Of a stretch of 64,000 nucleotides of DNA, positions 36,961-45,073 are shown piece by piece. Position numbers and translations under genes: made by a program. Within the stretch, counting starts at the first letter, position 1; every line of letters begins with the position of its first letter. Under the pieces are notes generated by a model. It had not been told where the DNA came from and searched no databases. It saw only the letters and a list, made by a program, of their open reading frames with translations. This DNA is from a virus, in the IMG/VR virus record IMGVR_UViG_3300020000_000011, positions 1-64,000 of that record. One strand, given 5' to 3'.

Positions 36961-37030
36961 TGGTTGGCCCGGGCATCCCGGGTCGGTTGAGAGGTTTTGC
37001 AACCACCAACCAAGGACGCCGGACCGGCCA
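36961..37030 (-). ncRNA. tRNA-like RNA ending in ACCA (degenerate tRNA-Cys-like?)
   Basis: TGGCC/GGCCA acceptor-like stem + ACCA, TTGCAAA loop, no canonical T or D loops; 1 nt from tRNA-Gly. Confidence 0.4.
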
Positions 37031-37085
37031 CGACGATAGCCAGATCCGCTCCCGAAAGCACCGGCGCGTCTAACGTGTCGTACTC

Positions 37086-37778
37086 GTGAAATGGGGACTG
37101 TCGAACGGCCACGTGGCTAGCTGGTTCATCAACCCCCCGAGCCTCATCGCTGCGGCGCATGAACGCGACGCGATGCGCTCGATGTACCGGGCGTTGATGG
37201 TCGGCTCGCGACGCACCACCGACCTCACAGAGCGTGCCGCGCTGCAAGCCTCCGCGGCGGTCCTACGGCGCGCCCTGGTCGCCTCCGGCGGCTTCGATGG
37301 GGCTGCGCTCGTGCTGATGGTCGAAGGCGACGAGACGCACACCTACGACGACGGGGAGGCAGCCCCGCTGCACTGCACGATCAAGTACCTCGGCCCCGCC
37401 GCGGACCTGTCGACGATCGACAAGCACCGGGTGATCTCCACCGCCCAACGCATCGGCGACGCCGTCGGCCCGTTCACCGCCGGGGTCAACGCCGACGCCC
37501 AGTTCGGACCCGACGGCAACGTCCCGGTGAAGATCGTCGAAGCCGACGAGTTCAACACCGTCCGAGATCTCGCCCTCGACGATGCCACGGTCCGCCACTA
37601 CGGCGACCTCAACGACGAACACCCGCAGTGGATCCCGCACGTCGCTGGCCTCGACGACCGTGACGACGTCCGCTTCGACCGTGTCGCCGCGTTTCTCGGC
37701 GGCACCAACCACATCTATGACCTGACAGGAACCCAGACCCCTGACGCAGACCTTGACTCTGAGATCCACAGGAGATGA
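37086..37778 (+). CDS. 2H phosphoesterase (Acb1/LigT-like) head-associated protein
   Basis: LHCTIKYLG (37371) and WIPHVA (37638); N-terminal SLIAAA/ALVASG leader. Confidence 0.7.
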   Translation: MKWGLSNGHVASWFINPPSLIAAAHERDAMRSMYRALMVGSRRTTDLTERAALQASAAVLRRALVASGGFDGAALVLMVEGDETHTYDDGEAAPLHCTIKYLGPAADLSTIDKHRVISTAQRIGDAVGPFTAGVNADAQFGPDGNVPVKIVEADEFNTVRDLALDDATVRHYGDLNDEHPQWIPHVAGLDDRDDVRFDRVAAFLGGTNHIYDLTGTQTPDADLDSEIHRR

Positions 37779-39034
37779 CCCCAATGACCGTTCTTGAAGA
37801 CTTCGACGTGGCCGACGGCGTGTACGCCGGAACCCTCGACTGGGAAGGGATGATCCGCCAACCGGCCAGTGCGCTTGTCGCTGCCGGGTTCCCGGCCAAG
37901 CCACCCTCGGCGTGGTTCGCGAACCCGAACTTCGATCGGCTGATGCCGTTGTCGATCACCAGTGACGGTCACGCGTTCGGGCACATCGCCTCGTGGCGCC
38001 AGGACCACATCGGGATGTCCGGCAGCATCAAGGCCCCGAAGTCGAAGTCCGGGTACGCGTTCTTCGCCACCGGTGTGCTGGAGACGCAGGAAGGCAAGCT
38101 GGTCAACGTCGGCCAGATCACCCTGACCGGCGGACACGCACCGTTGGAAGCCAGCGTTGCCGAAGCGGTCGCCCACTACGACAGCACCGACTCGGCGATC
38201 ATGGACGTCGCCGTCGGCGAGGACAAGCACGGGATCTGGGTCGCCGGTGCGTTGCGCCCGACCGTCGACGAGAACCAGTTGCGTGCCATCCGCGCCAGCA
38301 GCGTGTCCGGCGACTGGCGTCCGATCAACGGCTCGTTGGAGATGGTCGCCGTGTGCGCGGTCAACGTGCCCGGGTTCCCGATCCCCCGCGCCCGTGTCGC
38401 CAGCGGACACCCGATGGCTCTCGTTGCCGCCGGGACCGGCGCCCTCGTCGACCTGGCCACGCACCTCGACACCGGTGCCACCGCCGACGTCGCCCAAGCG
38501 TTCGAAGACCGGTTGCGGTTCGTCGAGAACGTGTTGCTCGGCAAGGTCGAAGACGTCCGTATGGCGATGACCGCAGCAGTCGAGCAGGCCCGGGTCAACA
38601 ACGAGGACCAGGCGATGATCGCCGCCGCGTTGCGTGACCGTGTCCACGGTTCGGCAGCCGCCGTTGTCGCCTCGTTGCGTGACCGCGTCCACGCCAACGA
38701 CCCGCAAGAGATCTGGGACGGCGACGGGATGCCGATCGACGAGACGACCGTCGACTGCCACCAGTTGGCAATGCGCGCCAGCGTCCACCCCGAGCAGTTC
38801 CCGCTGATCGCCCGAGCCACGAAGTCGTGGACGGCAGGTGAACGCAAGAAGGCCGAGTCCCGTGGCGCGGCGATGCCCGGCGGACGGTTCCCGATCTCCG
38901 ACAAGCGCGACGTCACCAAGGCCGTCCATGCCCTCGGCCGGGCCAAGGGCGACAAGGCCAAGATCAAGTCCCACATAAAGAAGCGTGCCCGTGCGCTCGG
39001 CGCGATGGACTCGATCCCCGACAGTTGGAAGTGA
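37775..39034 (+). CDS. capsid maturation protease
   Basis: FGHIASW..DHIG, GGHA, AHYD, GED.HGIWVAG, SGDWR..LEMVAV..VNVPGFP; upstream of capsid gene. Confidence 0.85.
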   Translation: MTPMTVLEDFDVADGVYAGTLDWEGMIRQPASALVAAGFPAKPPSAWFANPNFDRLMPLSITSDGHAFGHIASWRQDHIGMSGSIKAPKSKSGYAFFATGVLETQEGKLVNVGQITLTGGHAPLEASVAEAVAHYDSTDSAIMDVAVGEDKHGIWVAGALRPTVDENQLRAIRASSVSGDWRPINGSLEMVAVCAVNVPGFPIPRARVASGHPMALVAAGTGALVDLATHLDTGATADVAQAFEDRLRFVENVLLGKVEDVRMAMTAAVEQARVNNEDQAMIAAALRDRVHGSAAAVVASLRDRVHANDPQEIWDGDGMPIDETTVDCHQLAMRASVHPEQFPLIARATKSWTAGERKKAESRGAAMPGGRFPISDKRDVTKAVHALGRAKGDKAKIKSHIKKRARALGAMDSIPDSWK

Positions 39035-39070
39035 CGAGCGATTCGCAGAATCGTTCTGCAATTCGCTCGT
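39034..39070. terminator. hairpin between convergent genes
   Basis: acgagcga..gcagaa / ttctgc..tcgctcgt. Confidence 0.55.
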
Positions 39071-39268
39071 TCACCCGTTGCTGATCGACACGACCCGCTG
39101 ACGTAGGCCCGGCCGGTTCGGGCACCTGTTGGATCGGTGCCCGTTCTGCCCGCAGTACGAGCAGTCCCCAGCGTGGATCCAGATGTGGTACTCGATCATG
39201 TGATGTGGCCCGATGTCGGGAACCTCGTCGGGTCGAGTGTGTAGCGGCGCGTCAGGCGATGGGCGCAT
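39071..39268 (-). CDS. zinc-knuckle small protein
   Basis: CSYCGQNGHRSNRC (CCHC); start uncertain. Confidence 0.45.
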   Translation of the reverse strand: MRPSPDAPLHTRPDEVPDIGPHHMIEYHIWIHAGDCSYCGQNGHRSNRCPNRPGLRQRVVSISNG

Positions 39269-39518
39269 CGTCGGCCGTCGCTGACGAGAAGTCGACGAAC
39301 ACCTCCGGCTTGCCGCGGCCCTCGCGGGCATCGTTGAGGATCGAAGCGAACCAGTCCAGCGCGGGCTGGTTGAGGATCGACATCTTGATCTCGCCGGACG
39401 GTGTCGCCTGGCTCCACGACTTGTTCTCGTCGCCGCGGCACACCGGGAACAACGACACCGACCCGCCCGAGATCGACTGAGTGATGTCTCTGACTACGAA
39501 CTTGGCACGTACGCCCAT
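39252..39518 (-). CDS. conserved phage hypothetical protein
   Basis: VRAKF...ENKSW..ATPSG.I.M.I.N..A..F...VDF; AGGAG RBS. Confidence 0.75.
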   Translation of the reverse strand: MGVRAKFVVRDITQSISGGSVSLFPVCRGDENKSWSQATPSGEIKMSILNQPALDWFASILNDAREGRGKPEVFVDFSSATADDAPIA

Positions 39519-39735
39519 GACTGTCTCCTGTTGGTTGAAGGTGCTGTCACGGATGCGACGGGCGTTCGCCAGGCCGACCTGTCCGAAGGGTATCACCGTC
39601 CGATGCTTGCATCGGTGTAACTCGTGGTCTACTGTTCCGCCCCAGGAGCGACCCGACAGAGTCTGGTACCTCCCGCATCCTGACCTTCAGACCTCCGTCG
39701 CTATCCCGTTATACGGGAAGAGAAGGTGAATCGAA

Positions 39736-41727
39736 ATGGATGCTTTCGCAGATCGTCTGGCCCGGCTCGCAGAGTTGACACCGGATGAGATCGAGGCCCT
39801 TGAAGCCGAACTCGTTGCCGCATTCGACGCGGCCGACTCGTCCGGCGACGTGGACCTGATGCAGGCCCTCGCCGACGCACTCGACACGGTTCGGGCAGCG
39901 AAGACAGCGACGCCACCCGAAGAGGCCGCACCAGCGGCTCCCGGGCAGGCCGCGCCGGTCGCCGCAGCCGCCGACGTGCTCGACGCCGACAAGGTCCTTG
40001 CAACCGACGTTCCCGAGGTACCCGAGGTCCCGACCCCGGACGTACCAGAGGCACCCGCACCCGGCGAGGTGCCTGCGGAGCCAGAGGCTCCCGAAGGCGC
40101 ACCAGCGGAACCCGCGGACCCAGCAGTCCCCGCCACCGACGACGAGATCCTGAAGGCCCTCGTGAAGCTGACCGAAGCCGAACTGAAGGCTCTCGCTCTG
40201 CTCCCCGAAGAAGACCGGCAGGCGCTCGCACAGATGGCGATCGCAGCACAAACACCAATCCCCACGGAGGCGGAGCAGGTCGCTCCCGAACTGGAGCCAC
40301 AGGAGGAACCACCCGTGTCAACCGCAGTGGTCACGCAATCAGACGTGCCGGACGCCAACAAGCCGGTCCCTGTGGCCGCATCGGCGATGCCGTTCACCAT
40401 CACAGCCGGTGGAGACATCCCCGGCGTGACATCAGGTCAGAAGCTGGACGGCATGGATGATGTCGTCGAAGCAATGACGAAGAAGATCAACTCGATGCGC
40501 GGCGTCGGTGGTGATGGCGAGTACGTCATCGTTGCCTCGCTCCGTCGAGATGAGGATGCCGTCGACGAAGACAAGATGCTTCGCAAGTCGGATCCCGAGG
40601 GGAACTCGCAGAAGATCCGCAAGTTCCTTCAGGAGAACGGCTCCCGCGAGGCGATGACCGCCGCCGGTTGGTGCGCCCCGCGCACGCCGCTGTACGACAT
40701 CCCGGGCATCGGTTCGACCGATACCCCGGTGGCCGACAGCATGGCGTCGTTCGGTGTCGACCGTGGTGGCATCATCTGGACCGAGCCGCCGTCGATCGGT
40801 GGCGTGATCGCCTCGATGGGCGCCAACGCATTCGTGCGTTGGGACCCGAACGCAGCGACCGGCTCGATCGCCCAGACCGGCGTCATCGGCACCACGCCGA
40901 CCGTCCCGGCCGACACGAAGCCGTGCATCGACATCACCTGTGGTGTCGAGCGCCACGCAGACCTGATCGCCTTGCCGATGTGCTTGTGCTTCGATCTGCT
41001 CTCCAGCCGGACGAACCCCGAGTTCGTCAAGGCCGCAACCGATCTCGTGCAAGTCGCCCAGGCGCACTTCAAGGAGCAGTACCTGTTGGCCGCGATGTGG
41101 AGCGCCCCCGGCGTTGTCAACCACTCCGCCGCCAACATCTACGGCACCCCCGACGTCAAGGTCGGCATCGCCCGCGACTGGCTGATCACGATCCGCGTCG
41201 TGGCCGCACAGTTCCGTTGGCGCAACCGCCTCTCGGCAACCCAGCAGGTTCGTGTGTACGCACCGGCATGGTTGCGTGACGCAGTCGCAGCCGACCTGAT
41301 GTTGCAGATGCCCGGCGACGACACGATGTCGACGTCGTACGCAGAAGTCGACGGCTACCTCGACGATGCCAACATCGACCCGGTGTGGTTCATCGACGAC
41401 GTCCCGGCAGTCGGCGACAACGTCGTGGCCGCGACAGCGAACTTCGATTCGTACCTCGGGTTCCCGCTCAACGCCGAATGGTTGGTGACCACGCCAGGCG
41501 TGTTCACCCGCCTCGACGGTGGCCAGGTCGACCTGGGTGTCGTGCGGACCAAGGACGACGTGCAGAAGAACAAGTTCTGCGAGTTCGCAGAGACGTTCGA
41601 AACGGTCGCCTACATGGGGCCGCAGGACGCGGCCAACGCATGGGCGGTTCGTGGCACGACACCGGTGCTGATCGCTGGGGCAACGGCTCTCGGCGTGAAC
41701 ACAGCCACCGGCGTCATCAACGAGTAA
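39736..41727 (+). CDS. major capsid protein with N-terminal scaffolding domain
   Basis: acidic Pro/Ala-rich scaffold then AMTAAGWCAP..YD, RGGI, KPC..I.C, LDGG.VDLGVVR..N.F..F.ETFE. Confidence 0.9.
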   Translation: MDAFADRLARLAELTPDEIEALEAELVAAFDAADSSGDVDLMQALADALDTVRAAKTATPPEEAAPAAPGQAAPVAAAADVLDADKVLATDVPEVPEVPTPDVPEAPAPGEVPAEPEAPEGAPAEPADPAVPATDDEILKALVKLTEAELKALALLPEEDRQALAQMAIAAQTPIPTEAEQVAPELEPQEEPPVSTAVVTQSDVPDANKPVPVAASAMPFTITAGGDIPGVTSGQKLDGMDDVVEAMTKKINSMRGVGGDGEYVIVASLRRDEDAVDEDKMLRKSDPEGNSQKIRKFLQENGSREAMTAAGWCAPRTPLYDIPGIGSTDTPVADSMASFGVDRGGIIWTEPPSIGGVIASMGANAFVRWDPNAATGSIAQTGVIGTTPTVPADTKPCIDITCGVERHADLIALPMCLCFDLLSSRTNPEFVKAATDLVQVAQAHFKEQYLLAAMWSAPGVVNHSAANIYGTPDVKVGIARDWLITIRVVAAQFRWRNRLSATQQVRVYAPAWLRDAVAADLMLQMPGDDTMSTSYAEVDGYLDDANIDPVWFIDDVPAVGDNVVAATANFDSYLGFPLNAEWLVTTPGVFTRLDGGQVDLGVVRTKDDVQKNKFCEFAETFETVAYMGPQDAANAWAVRGTTPVLIAGATALGVNTATGVINE

Positions 41728-41760
41728 TCCCGACCACTCTGAAACCGGAGGAATTGAACG

Positions 41761-42738
41761 ATGGCAAGCAGAGATGGTGCGGCGAGCATCCAGGGCGAGA
41801 TGATTCGCATTACGCCGTTGTACCTCGACGGCTCAATCGACCCAACACGCCCAATCCTCACCACCAACGGGTTCATCACGGCCTCGTTCGGTACCGAGTT
41901 CGAAGACGGCGACGAGATCACAGAGAAGGCCGCAGACGGCACGATCTGCATCCAGTACAAGGCCGACGACTCGATGAAGGGGATCACCTTCAACCTGTCG
42001 TTGTGCACGCCTGACCCGGAAGCCGCGGCGCTGTTGGCTGGTGGCAAGATCATCTGTGCTGCCGCGGACGTCATCGAGGGCGGCAACACGGTGGTCGCCA
42101 AGGGTGAAGTCATCGGCTACTCGTCCCCACCGGTCGGCGGTACCGTCGGCAACCCGGTGGCCATCGAGATCTGGTCGAAGGCGATCGTCAAGGGCAAGCC
42201 CGCACAAGGCACCCCGTACTGGCACTGGGCGTTCCCATACGTTCGTGTCCGTTACGAAGGCGACCGCGAGTTCACCAACGGTGCGCTGGCCAACGACTAC
42301 TCGGGTACCGGTGTCGGCAACGAGGCGCTCGTCGCCGATGGGCTGAACCCGGACAACGCCGGTGACGACTTCGTGACCTACAAGGACGCGTTGACCAACC
42401 CGTTCAGCTACGTCCGCTCGACGTCGAAGCCGGACATCTCGCTCGGTCACTGGACCGGCGGCGCCGGGGACACCGGCGACTGGGAGAAGACCACGGCCAA
42501 CTCGATCTCGTGCGACGCGGTCGTGCAGGTCGGTACCGCCGGGGCAGCCAATGTCGCGGGAACCTGGTCCGCCCCGGCGAGCCGACCGGCCGACGCTGCC
42601 GCAGCGAACGCGATGGGCGCCACGGCCTCACCGACCGGCAACTGGTTGACGAACACGTTCGTGCAAGGCTCGATCGCTGGTGCGTCCGGCGAGATGCACT
42701 GGACCGGTTCGACCTGGGCGTCTGGGCGAGGCGTCTAA
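41761..42738 (+). CDS. major tail (tube) protein
   Basis: IRITPL..DG, EDGDEITEKAADG.IC, LSLCTPDPE, VAIEIWS, YWHWAFP. Confidence 0.85.
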   Translation: MASRDGAASIQGEMIRITPLYLDGSIDPTRPILTTNGFITASFGTEFEDGDEITEKAADGTICIQYKADDSMKGITFNLSLCTPDPEAAALLAGGKIICAAADVIEGGNTVVAKGEVIGYSSPPVGGTVGNPVAIEIWSKAIVKGKPAQGTPYWHWAFPYVRVRYEGDREFTNGALANDYSGTGVGNEALVADGLNPDNAGDDFVTYKDALTNPFSYVRSTSKPDISLGHWTGGAGDTGDWEKTTANSISCDAVVQVGTAGAANVAGTWSAPASRPADAAAANAMGATASPTGNWLTNTFVQGSIAGASGEMHWTGSTWASGRGV

Positions 42739-42755
42739 CCCACAACACGTGAGTG

Positions 42756-42806
42756 CGAGAGTGCGTCGGCCCCCTGGCCCTAACCCCGGGGTCGGCGCAC
42801 TCTCGC
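42756..42806 (+). terminator. long hairpin terminator after major tail gene
   Basis: gcgagagtgcg(t)cg / cg(g)cgcactctcgc. Confidence 0.6.
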
Positions 42807-42828
42807 GTCTGGGGACTCGTATAGCGTG

Positions 42829-42857
42829 GTTGTGAAGTTGGGATACTGGGATATACT
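42829..42857 (+). promoter_or_regulatory. early promoter, leaderless
   Basis: GTTGTG..GATATACT; shares GATACTGGGATA with the 36210 promoter. Confidence 0.65.
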
Positions 42858-42863
42858 CGGGGC

Positions 42864-43304
42864 ATGACCAAGACCAAGACCCATCCACCGCCCATCGACC
42901 TCATCCCCGAGGAACCCATGTCCACAGCCACAAAGCCCACCAAGTCCAAGGCCCGCAAGCCCCGCAAGCCAGCGAAGAAGGTCGACACCCGCACGTCGGC
43001 ACTGCCCGCGCTGGAACCAGAGATGATGAACGACATCCTGCTTCAGATCCACGAGAAGGCCAAGGAAGTCGACGAAGCCCGCCTGCACCTCGACAAGATC
43101 GTTGCCGAGTCCGACGCCCTCGTGCGTGAAGCCGTCGACGACGGTGAACGGTACCGAGACATCGCCGCGTCCGCCGATCGAACGGTGCCGTGGGTGCAGA
43201 TGTCGCTGCGCCGGTACGCCGGTGTGCCGACCCATCCCGCTGCGCCGATCCCGGTGTCGCGTGTTCGCCGAACCCCGGCCACCCCGGCACGGAAAGCATC
43301 CTGA
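42864..43304 (+). CDS. HTH DNA-binding protein
   Basis: VREAVDDGERYRDIAASADRTVPWVQ. Confidence 0.6.
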   Translation: MTKTKTHPPPIDLIPEEPMSTATKPTKSKARKPRKPAKKVDTRTSALPALEPEMMNDILLQIHEKAKEVDEARLHLDKIVAESDALVREAVDDGERYRDIAASADRTVPWVQMSLRRYAGVPTHPAAPIPVSRVRRTPATPARKAS

Positions 43305-43343
43305 CCGTGTAACACCCCTGTGGTTGACTGATCCCGCTGGGAC

Positions 43344-43404
43344 GTTGCCACATCCTGTACAACCCGCTATAGTTACTTCCAGACCCAGACAGAAAGACCC
43401 AGAC
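43344..43404 (+). promoter_or_regulatory. early promoter with two AGACCCAGAC elements
   Basis: GTTGCC..GCTATAGT then AGACCCAGAC twice. Confidence 0.7.
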
Positions 43405-43406
43405 CC

Positions 43407-44366
43407 ATGACCGACACATCCACCATCAACCTGCCCGATCTCGTCGGGCTGTTCTGGTCGCCGCTGGCCCACCAGGCCAACTTCTCCGACTTCACCTCGA
43501 CGTCAGCGGCGACCAGCACCGACGACCCGACCATCCCCGCCACGACCACGAGCGTCGTTGTCGAGCAGAAGGAATACCTGCGCCCGAACGGCCTCGTGTA
43601 CCTGCCCCGCTCGCTGATGGTCAACGAGGTGAAGAAACAAGACGTCACCTTGGTGCGCGAGTCGATCGCCGCCGGACTCACCGTCCTGCTCTACGGCGAA
43701 CCCGGCTGCGGCAAGACCGCCCTCGTCGAGGCAGCGTTCGGCGACGACCTGTACACCGTGCAGGGCACCGTCGAAACCGAGACGGCCGACTTCGTCGGTT
43801 CGTGGGTGCAGCAGCCTGACGGCACCTACCTGTGGGTCGACGGCCCGCTGATCCGTGCGGCCGAGGAAGGCAAGAAACTGCTGGTCGACGAGATCGCTCT
43901 GATCGACTCCCGCGTCATGGCCGTCGTCTACGGCATGATGGACGGCCGAGGCGAACTCGTCGTCACCCAGAACCCGCTGCGCGGCTCCGTGAAGGCCAAG
44001 GAAGGCTTCGCCGTCATCGGCGCCTGCAACCCGAACGTGCCCGGCGCCCAGATGTCCGACGCGCTGCTGTCCCGCTTCGTGATCCACGTCGAGATGGGCA
44101 CCGACTGGGGCCTGGCCACCAAGCTGGGCTGCGGATCGAAGATCATCCAGGTGACCCGCAACCTCGTCGAGAAGTACGGCCGGGGCGAGATGACCCAGGC
44201 CCCGCAGTTGCGTGAACTGCTCCAGTTCCGCGACGTGTCCGCCACCTTCGGCGAGACGTTCGCCCTCCGCAACTTCATCTCCCAGGTGCGTCCCGAGAAC
44301 AGGGCGATCGCACAGGCAGCCGTCGAGGCCGTGTTCGGCAACAATGTCGCCCCGCTCACGGTGTGA
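43407..44366 (+). CDS. MoxR/CbbQ-family AAA+ ATPase
   Basis: GEPGCGKT, WVDGPL..A, LLVDEI, ACNP, SDALLSRF. Confidence 0.9.
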   Translation: MTDTSTINLPDLVGLFWSPLAHQANFSDFTSTSAATSTDDPTIPATTTSVVVEQKEYLRPNGLVYLPRSLMVNEVKKQDVTLVRESIAAGLTVLLYGEPGCGKTALVEAAFGDDLYTVQGTVETETADFVGSWVQQPDGTYLWVDGPLIRAAEEGKKLLVDEIALIDSRVMAVVYGMMDGRGELVVTQNPLRGSVKAKEGFAVIGACNPNVPGAQMSDALLSRFVIHVEMGTDWGLATKLGCGSKIIQVTRNLVEKYGRGEMTQAPQLRELLQFRDVSATFGETFALRNFISQVRPENRAIAQAAVEAVFGNNVAPLTV

Positions 44367-44406
44367 CCCGACAGATACCCCGCTATACTCCACTCCAGAC
44401 CCAGAC
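44361..44406 (+). promoter_or_regulatory. early promoter with AGACCCAGAC element
   Basis: cagataccccGCTATACT..ccagacccagac, as at 7792. Confidence 0.7.
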
Positions 44407-44419
44407 GAAAGGCAACACC

Positions 44420-45031
44420 ATGACCAGCACACCAGTCCCCAACTCACCCGGCCCCACGATCGGCACCCTGATCCGAGGCGACGTCACGATCCACGCCCGC
44501 GACGGAGCAGCCAACACGCTGCTGCTCGACAAGCTGGCAGCGATCCCGCACTGCTCCGGCTTCGTCCAGAAGGCCCGCACCGGTGAAGGCACCGGCGTCG
44601 TCGGCCTGTACATGGAAGCGGTCGTGTTCACCGCCGCCGGGGCGCCGTTCGCCCACCTCCGGTTCTTCGTCATCGACCGCCACATCTACGTGTACAACCG
44701 CTCGGCCGGTGACACCCGGGCCAACTGGCGGATCCGCACCGAGCAGTCGCTGGCCCACGCGCTGATGGTCGTCCACGAGGCGTTGAACCGCCCGAACGTG
44801 CGCCTCTTCGGTCACCCTGTGGTGGTCGAGTTGACCGCCGACGACCTGTCCGCCGTCGAGTCCGGCGCGATGCCACCGGCCCGGTTCCGTGGCGCCTACC
44901 GGATCGAGCGCGACTTCGGCCGCTACGACTTCGTGATGGACGTCGTGTCGAAGCCGCTCCCGGCGAAGATGGAGAAGCTGCTGTCTGATCCGTCGTGGAT
45001 CGTTCCGGCCGTCACGCCCGTCTCGGTGTAG
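44420..45031 (+). CDS. hypothetical protein (between MoxR and VWA genes)
   Basis: AAAGG RBS; 203 aa. Confidence 0.7.
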   Translation: MTSTPVPNSPGPTIGTLIRGDVTIHARDGAANTLLLDKLAAIPHCSGFVQKARTGEGTGVVGLYMEAVVFTAAGAPFAHLRFFVIDRHIYVYNRSAGDTRANWRIRTEQSLAHALMVVHEALNRPNVRLFGHPVVVELTADDLSAVESGAMPPARFRGAYRIERDFGRYDFVMDVVSKPLPAKMEKLLSDPSWIVPAVTPVSV

Positions 45032-45060
45032 AACCCGCTATACTGACTCCAGACCTAGAC
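45031..45060 (+). promoter_or_regulatory. early promoter with AGACCTAGAC element
   Basis: aacccGCTATACT..ccagacctagac. Confidence 0.65.
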
Positions 45061-45073
45061 GAAAGCCGATCCG

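Noticed and set aside
36961-37030. c-di-GMP-I riboswitch suggested by GCAAAACC
   Set aside because: Lacks the GNRA tetraloop/receptor arrangement and precedes tRNAs, not a CDS.
41761-42860. Tail assembly chaperone frameshift site after the major tail gene
   Set aside because: The gene is followed by a terminator-like hairpin and an early promoter, not chaperone ORFs.
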